In this document: positions 23,773 through 27,713 of the stretch, one piece after another | Numbering within the stretch: position 1 is the first letter of the stretch | Layout: the number at the start of each line of letters is the position of its first letter | Assembly: GCA_049509455.1 (NCBI GenBank) | Contig: JBEKZX010000016.1 | Span: 1-27,713, forward strand | Origin: Conexivisphaerales archaeon | Lineage (GTDB): Archaea; Thermoproteota; Nitrososphaeria; Conexivisphaerales; DTJL01 | Reading direction: 5' to 3' | DNA length: 27,713 bases | The notes under the pieces: model-generated | The model's input: the letters and a program-made list of their open reading frames with translations, nothing else | The model's database searches: none | What the model was told of the DNA's origin: nothing | Made by a program: the position numbers and the translations under genes

Positions 23773-25485
23773 CTATCCGTGCTGGTGCTTTCCCATGTAC
23801 CTCTCCACGATCTCGCGAAGTGCCTTCAGCGGCACCGCCCCGTCGCCCAGAAGGGCGTCGTGGAACTCCTTGATGTCGAGCCTCTCGCCCAGCCGCCCCC
23901 TCGCCTCCTGACGAAGGCGAATCATCTCCAGCTGGCCCGCCTTGTAGGCTAGGGCCTGCCCCGGCCAGGTGATGTACCTGTCGACCTCGTTCACGATGTT
24001 GTTCTCCGCCAAGGCCGTGTTCTCCAGCATGAATTCGATGGCCTCCCCGCGAGTCCACCACATCGCATGCATCCCGGTGTCCACGACCAGGCGACACGCC
24101 CGCCAGGCGTCGTAGGAAAGCATCCCCATCCTGTCTAGGTCCGACGAGTAGAGCCTCATTTCATCCGCGAGCCGCTCCGAGTACAGGCCCCACCCCTCCA
24201 CGAAGGCTGTCACGCCGCTGTTTCTCCTGAACTCCGGGATCCCCTCCAGCTCTTGGGCTAACGCGATTTGGAGGTGGTGGCCGGGAATCGATTCGTGGTA
24301 GGCGAGGGCCTCGGCTTCATAACGAGGCCTGGTCTTCGGCGCAGACGTGTTAACGCAGTATCTGCCCGGCCTCGAGCCGTCGGCCGCGGGCTGGCGATAG
24401 TACGCTATCGTCGAATGCCTCTCTTCGTGCTCCCCCATACGCACGACCTCGCAGTCGGCCTTGGGGACGCGCCCGAACCAATCCGCGATCGCGGCCTTCG
24501 CCCTCGACAGCGCCGCCTCCGCTTTCTCCGCAACTTCGTCTCCGCAAGCGAAGTGTAACGAAGGGTCCGTCCGGAGGCGGTGGAGTATCTCCTTCCTGTC
24601 CTGAACGCCAAAGACCCTCTCGCCCAGCACCTCAATCTCAGCGTTGACCCTGGCCACCTCCCTTAGGCCTGTCTGATGGAGCTCCTCCGGAGTCAGGTCA
24701 AGGGAGGTGTGCACCCGAATCAATCGTGCGTAGGCCTCGGAGCCACCTGGCACGTGGATTATGCCTGGGCGCTCCTGTGGGCGAGCCCTCGGCAGGATAT
24801 CCGATGTCAGGAACTCCATGTATCGGACGAGCGCGGGACGTACGGAATCCCGGACGGCGCCAGTCAACCTCTCTCTGAAGTCGCGCCGTTCGTCTTCCGA
24901 CCAGTCATCATGAGGCATGGCGAGAGGGCGCAGGAACGCCCATTCCGATTCGGGCTTGGCGATCATTTCATGGACCTCGTCGACGGCCTTCTCCACGCAG
25001 GCGCGCACGACCACCCTGCCTTCGGAAGCCCCTCGTCTGAGGTTCGCCATGTGGTCGTCGAAGTATCGGCCCATGGCGGTCCAGCGCTTTGTCATCGCTC
25101 GGCCTTCGGCAGGACTTCTCACTGGCTGATAGGACTCGACGTTGACGAATTCGACCTGCGGGCCACTGAGCGGATCCACGGTCCACTCCTCAAGGCGGCA
25201 CAGGGAGTAGTCCAGCGCCGACCGCACGTCGTCGAGAAGGGCCGTCCTGGTCAACCTGTCTTCGTCGGACAGGTCCCTCTCTGGGATGGCATAGCACCGG
25301 TCGATGACGGACTCGTACTCTCTCTCCCTCCGCGAACGCCCTTCAGGGGTGATGTCGGGGAGCCGGTCGTCGAATCGCCTATCCCCCAACAGGGTGGCGA
25401 ACAACGGGTCGTCCACCAAGCGCTCCTCCCAGTACTCCTTCGCCAGCGCACTCAAGGATTCCGCAGGTCCGACTTTCGGATCCAT
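23773..25485 (-). CDS. DUF885-family protein (HExxPGHH metallopeptidase-like)
   Basis: AYHESIPGHHLQ, FVEGWGLYSE, WRACRLVVDTGMH, EVDRYITWPGQALAYKAG, FHDALLGDGAVPL; no signal peptide. Confidence 0.92.
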   Translation of the reverse strand: MDPKVGPAESLSALAKEYWEERLVDDPLFATLLGDRRFDDRLPDITPEGRSRREREYESVIDRCYAIPERDLSDEDRLTRTALLDDVRSALDYSLCRLEEWTVDPLSGPQVEFVNVESYQPVRSPAEGRAMTKRWTAMGRYFDDHMANLRRGASEGRVVVRACVEKAVDEVHEMIAKPESEWAFLRPLAMPHDDWSEDERRDFRERLTGAVRDSVRPALVRYMEFLTSDILPRARPQERPGIIHVPGGSEAYARLIRVHTSLDLTPEELHQTGLREVARVNAEIEVLGERVFGVQDRKEILHRLRTDPSLHFACGDEVAEKAEAALSRAKAAIADWFGRVPKADCEVVRMGEHEERHSTIAYYRQPAADGSRPGRYCVNTSAPKTRPRYEAEALAYHESIPGHHLQIALAQELEGIPEFRRNSGVTAFVEGWGLYSERLADEMRLYSSDLDRMGMLSYDAWRACRLVVDTGMHAMWWTRGEAIEFMLENTALAENNIVNEVDRYITWPGQALAYKAGQLEMIRLRQEARGRLGERLDIKEFHDALLGDGAVPLKALREIVERYMGKHQHG

Positions 25486-25816
25486 GATTCAATGCACTGC
25501 AACCGGCGCCTTTACTCTTTGCCCTGGTTGCTCGTCCCCCATGGGGAATAGGCGACGTCCGGGTCGGAGAGACGGATGCCTGGCCTTCCCTGGCCTCGCA
25601 AGACTTGGTTCAGTGAGACCTGTCCACCCGTCTCAATAGATTCGGAATACCAAGGGCTCCCTGTTCATGCCTGGCTGGGCTTAGGGCGCAAGGGCCCTTG
25701 CTTCAAGCCGACCCTCACCGCCTTCGAAGTTTTTCAAGCCCCGTCCATGTTTCCCCGGCGACCTCGAGAGGAGCAAGCTTTGTAGAGCGAAACGACAGAC
25801 AAGATGGCCATAGGGG

Positions 25817-26165
25817 CTATAAGTCTTCGATGGCAGCCCGACGCGTCATTTTGACCGAGTTCACGTCATTTTCGTCATCATCGTCATCAAATACGTCAGA
25901 TACGTCAGATTCGTCATTTTGCCAGCTAGCGCCCGCCATAGGCTGGCAGAAGGCGGGATTCAGGCTGGGGACAGCCTGTAGAATCCGTCTGCCAGACAAG
26001 CCTCTGACGTCATGAAAACGGAAGAAGGAATTTCGATCTGGCAATCTGACGGAGGAGGCCTAGCTCCAGCGGCAATGAATTTCCCCCGTCGAAATCCCAC
26101 CGTACATGTTCTGCTATTGCCTTGATTATCCTCTCCGCGGCGTGACCACCTCTGAGGGTAATTGG
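25817..26165 (-). pseudogene. Possible frameshifted relic of a mobile-element primase/helicase-type C-terminus
   Basis: Two frames join as ...IIKAIAEHVRWDFDGG...LLRQIARSKF / DVRGLSGRRILQAVPSL...NDESDVSDV, reminiscent of such C-termini. Pattern recognition only. Confidence 0.25.
25844..25916 (-). repeat. Cluster of seven TGACG pentamers (iteron-like)
   Basis: CGTCA on the plus strand at 25844, 25864, 25873, 25882, 25894, 25903, 25912 (spacings 20, 9, 9, 12, 9, 9); palindromic TGACGTCA at 26005. Confidence 0.65.
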
Positions 26166-26275
26166 GCCACTCCGTCTTCCTCTACGCTCATTGGAATCAC
26201 CGATCCTATGACGACAGGGAAGTGTCAGCGCCATCCGGCCCTGCCACACGACGAAGACCTATGGGATTGGATCTC

Positions 26276-26566
26276 TTAGCTTCTTGCCAACGCGATCACG
26301 GCGACGATAATAATGGCAATAAGAGCCAGGACAAGGAGGCGGAGGACGCCATTCCTCTCCCATATCGCGATGGTGGCGTTCATGTGGGCGAACGGGTTGG
26401 GGGAGTTGAGCATCCTAACTAGATCGAGGGCCTCTTCGTATACGAACGTTCCGCCGTCCACCCTGACTATGTTCTCCTTCTCGATAGTAAAGGTGTGCCC
26501 CTTCACTGCCAGGGGAGCGTGAGGTCCCCTTCCCCCTGCCCAAATTCGGAACTGGTCTTCGCTCAC
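26276..26566 (-). CDS. Small C-terminally anchored membrane protein
   Basis: Start moved to GTG 26566 (MSEDQFRIW...), with TTAATA about 30 nt upstream; single C-terminal TM LLVLALIAIIIVAVIAL. Confidence 0.65.
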   Translation of the reverse strand: MSEDQFRIWAGGRGPHAPLAVKGHTFTIEKENIVRVDGGTFVYEEALDLVRMLNSPNPFAHMNATIAIWERNGVLRLLVLALIAIIIVAVIALARS

Positions 26567-26754
26567 AAGCCTCAAGGGGGTGATGGCACTGGTACCTATT
26601 AAGCTGCGCTGCATGCGTCCGCATAAGGCCTCGAACACTTCACACCCAGCGCATCCTGCATCGCATCTGTCACCTGCGATGCTGTCACTCAAGTGACAGG
26701 GCCCACGGGTTACAGCCATCGTAAAGCTGCCGCCCAGTCCCCAACGGTTAGGGA

Positions 26755-27405
26755 GTGTTTACTGTGTCAGAATTCAGCAAGAAATGGGTCGCTCCCAACA
26801 CCACAGGGTTCGGGGATAAGGTCAAGGATGCGGTAAGGCCTGCGGGTCCACTGAAGCCACGCATCGACTCCGCAGTTCGCAACATTCAGGTCCAGGTCTC
26901 CAAACTCGAAAACACTAGCAACAGGCTGAAAGAGAGGGACGGAGCACTTTTCAACAAAGTGGTCTCCTCCATACAGAAGCATGACATGCAGCACGCTTCG
27001 ATCTACTCCAACGAGCTCGCCGAGGTCAGGAAGATGACCAAGCTGGTCACCTCCGCCAAGATCGCGCTCGAGCAGATCGTCCTCAGGCTCAGCACCGCTA
27101 CGGAGCTAGGTGACATAGTGGTCACCCTTGCCCCCGCCATGGCCGTAATAAAGGCCGTAAGGTCTGGCCTGGTCGGCGTGATGCCGGAGGCCGAGCAGGA
27201 GATAAGCGAAATCAACAGCGTGCTCAGCAGCATACTGGTCGACGCCGGCCAGCTCGGCGGCCTGACTCTCAACTTCGAGGCTGCCAACGAGGACGCGGAG
27301 CACATAATTGCAGAGGCATCGGCGGTGGCGGAGCAGAACATGAAGGAAAGATTCCCAGAGCTCCCCGGCTTAGGCGGAGAAGCCGGCCAGAGCTCTTCAC
27401 AGTAG
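26755..27405 (+). CDS. cdvB: CdvB / ESCRT-III (Snf7-family) protein
   Basis: FSKKW...PLKPRI, YSNELAEVRKM, KIALEQIVLRLST, ELGDIVVTLAPAM, NEDAEHIIAEASAVAE...FPELP: typical thaumarchaeal CdvB pattern. The start could be GTG 26764. Confidence 0.93.
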   Translation: MFTVSEFSKKWVAPNTTGFGDKVKDAVRPAGPLKPRIDSAVRNIQVQVSKLENTSNRLKERDGALFNKVVSSIQKHDMQHASIYSNELAEVRKMTKLVTSAKIALEQIVLRLSTATELGDIVVTLAPAMAVIKAVRSGLVGVMPEAEQEISEINSVLSSILVDAGQLGGLTLNFEAANEDAEHIIAEASAVAEQNMKERFPELPGLGGEAGQSSSQ

Positions 27406-27442
27406 ATTGAGGGGTAGCCTGACGGCCCCCCAATCTCTTTTT
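27406..27442 (+). terminator. cdvB terminator
   Basis: ATTG(A)GGGG / CCCCCAAT stem immediately after the stop, followed by CTCTTTTTT. Confidence 0.6.
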
Positions 27443-27713
27443 CGCTTGATGAAGACATTGTGGGTCGCCAAGCGTAGTAAGCCAAATGGGGTCCTGTCCT
27501 TCGCGTAACGATGCTGAGAGTGAGGTCAGTGAGGAACGACGTTGGGAGCTTCACCACCATCACCTTCCACAACTGCGGGCGGATGCGCAAACAGAATGGA
27601 CGCGCGAGTCATCAAAGAGTGCACCTCACAACCAAATAGATGCCTAGTCACTCCTCCCCCCGAGGGAATTGTCCCAGGAGATCCCGTTCCGATTCTATCG
27701 CTGCGTGCTGGAC

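Noticed and set aside
24676-25551. Long antisense ORFs (this one, and 7448-8035, 9948-10547, 12038-12727, 20217-20873, 27003-27590 and similar)
   Set aside because: Shadow frames of well-supported genes in GC-rich DNA, with no motifs of their own.
1-27713. tRNA, rRNA, SRP/RNase P RNA, integrase, transposase or CRISPR array
   Set aside because: No T-loop GTTCRAATC in a cloverleaf context, no conserved RNA signature, no recombinase motifs and no 25-40 bp spaced repeats were seen by eye; a covariance-model scan would be needed to exclude small RNAs.

Overview
GC-rich, gene-dense archaeal chromosomal segment, probably Nitrososphaerota (Thaumarchaeota). The basis is a thaumarchaeal-type CdvB/ESCRT-III, TATA boxes about 22-32 nt upstream of start codons, and frequent TTG/GTG starts; this is an inference, no search was run. 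Three modules dominate. (1) A polyphosphate island at 5975-15444: a class III-like PPK2 with a coupled, charge-segregated disordered protein, a CHAD protein, a Lys/Ala coiled-coil protein, a tandem pair of thymidylate-kinase-fold genes matching the catalytic/regulatory heteromeric PPK3 architecture, Ppx/GppA, SixA and an MgtA-type P-type ATPase. A helically phased non-coding RKAAYG array sits inside it. (2) A tightly coupled operon at 15852-19029: a small DUF5678-like partner, a retropepsin-like protease, two exported proteins and a split YeeE/YedE sulfur-compound transporter. (3) A Tat-exported, membrane-tethered PaoABC-like molybdo-flavoenzyme at 19156-23109, with a Thr/Gly VNTR stalk, an unusual Cys in the Mo-site loop and a hairpin over its first ribosome-binding site. 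Also present: a partial tatA-like gene, an NCS1 permease, a PAP2/AUR1-like membrane enzyme, a DUF885 protein, cdvB and several decayed fragments, including a possible mobile-element primase/iteron relic. In at least two genes (ppx and the C-terminal YeeE half) conserved N-terminal sequence has no in-frame canonical start codon. No tRNA, rRNA, CRISPR array, integrase or transposase was recognised.
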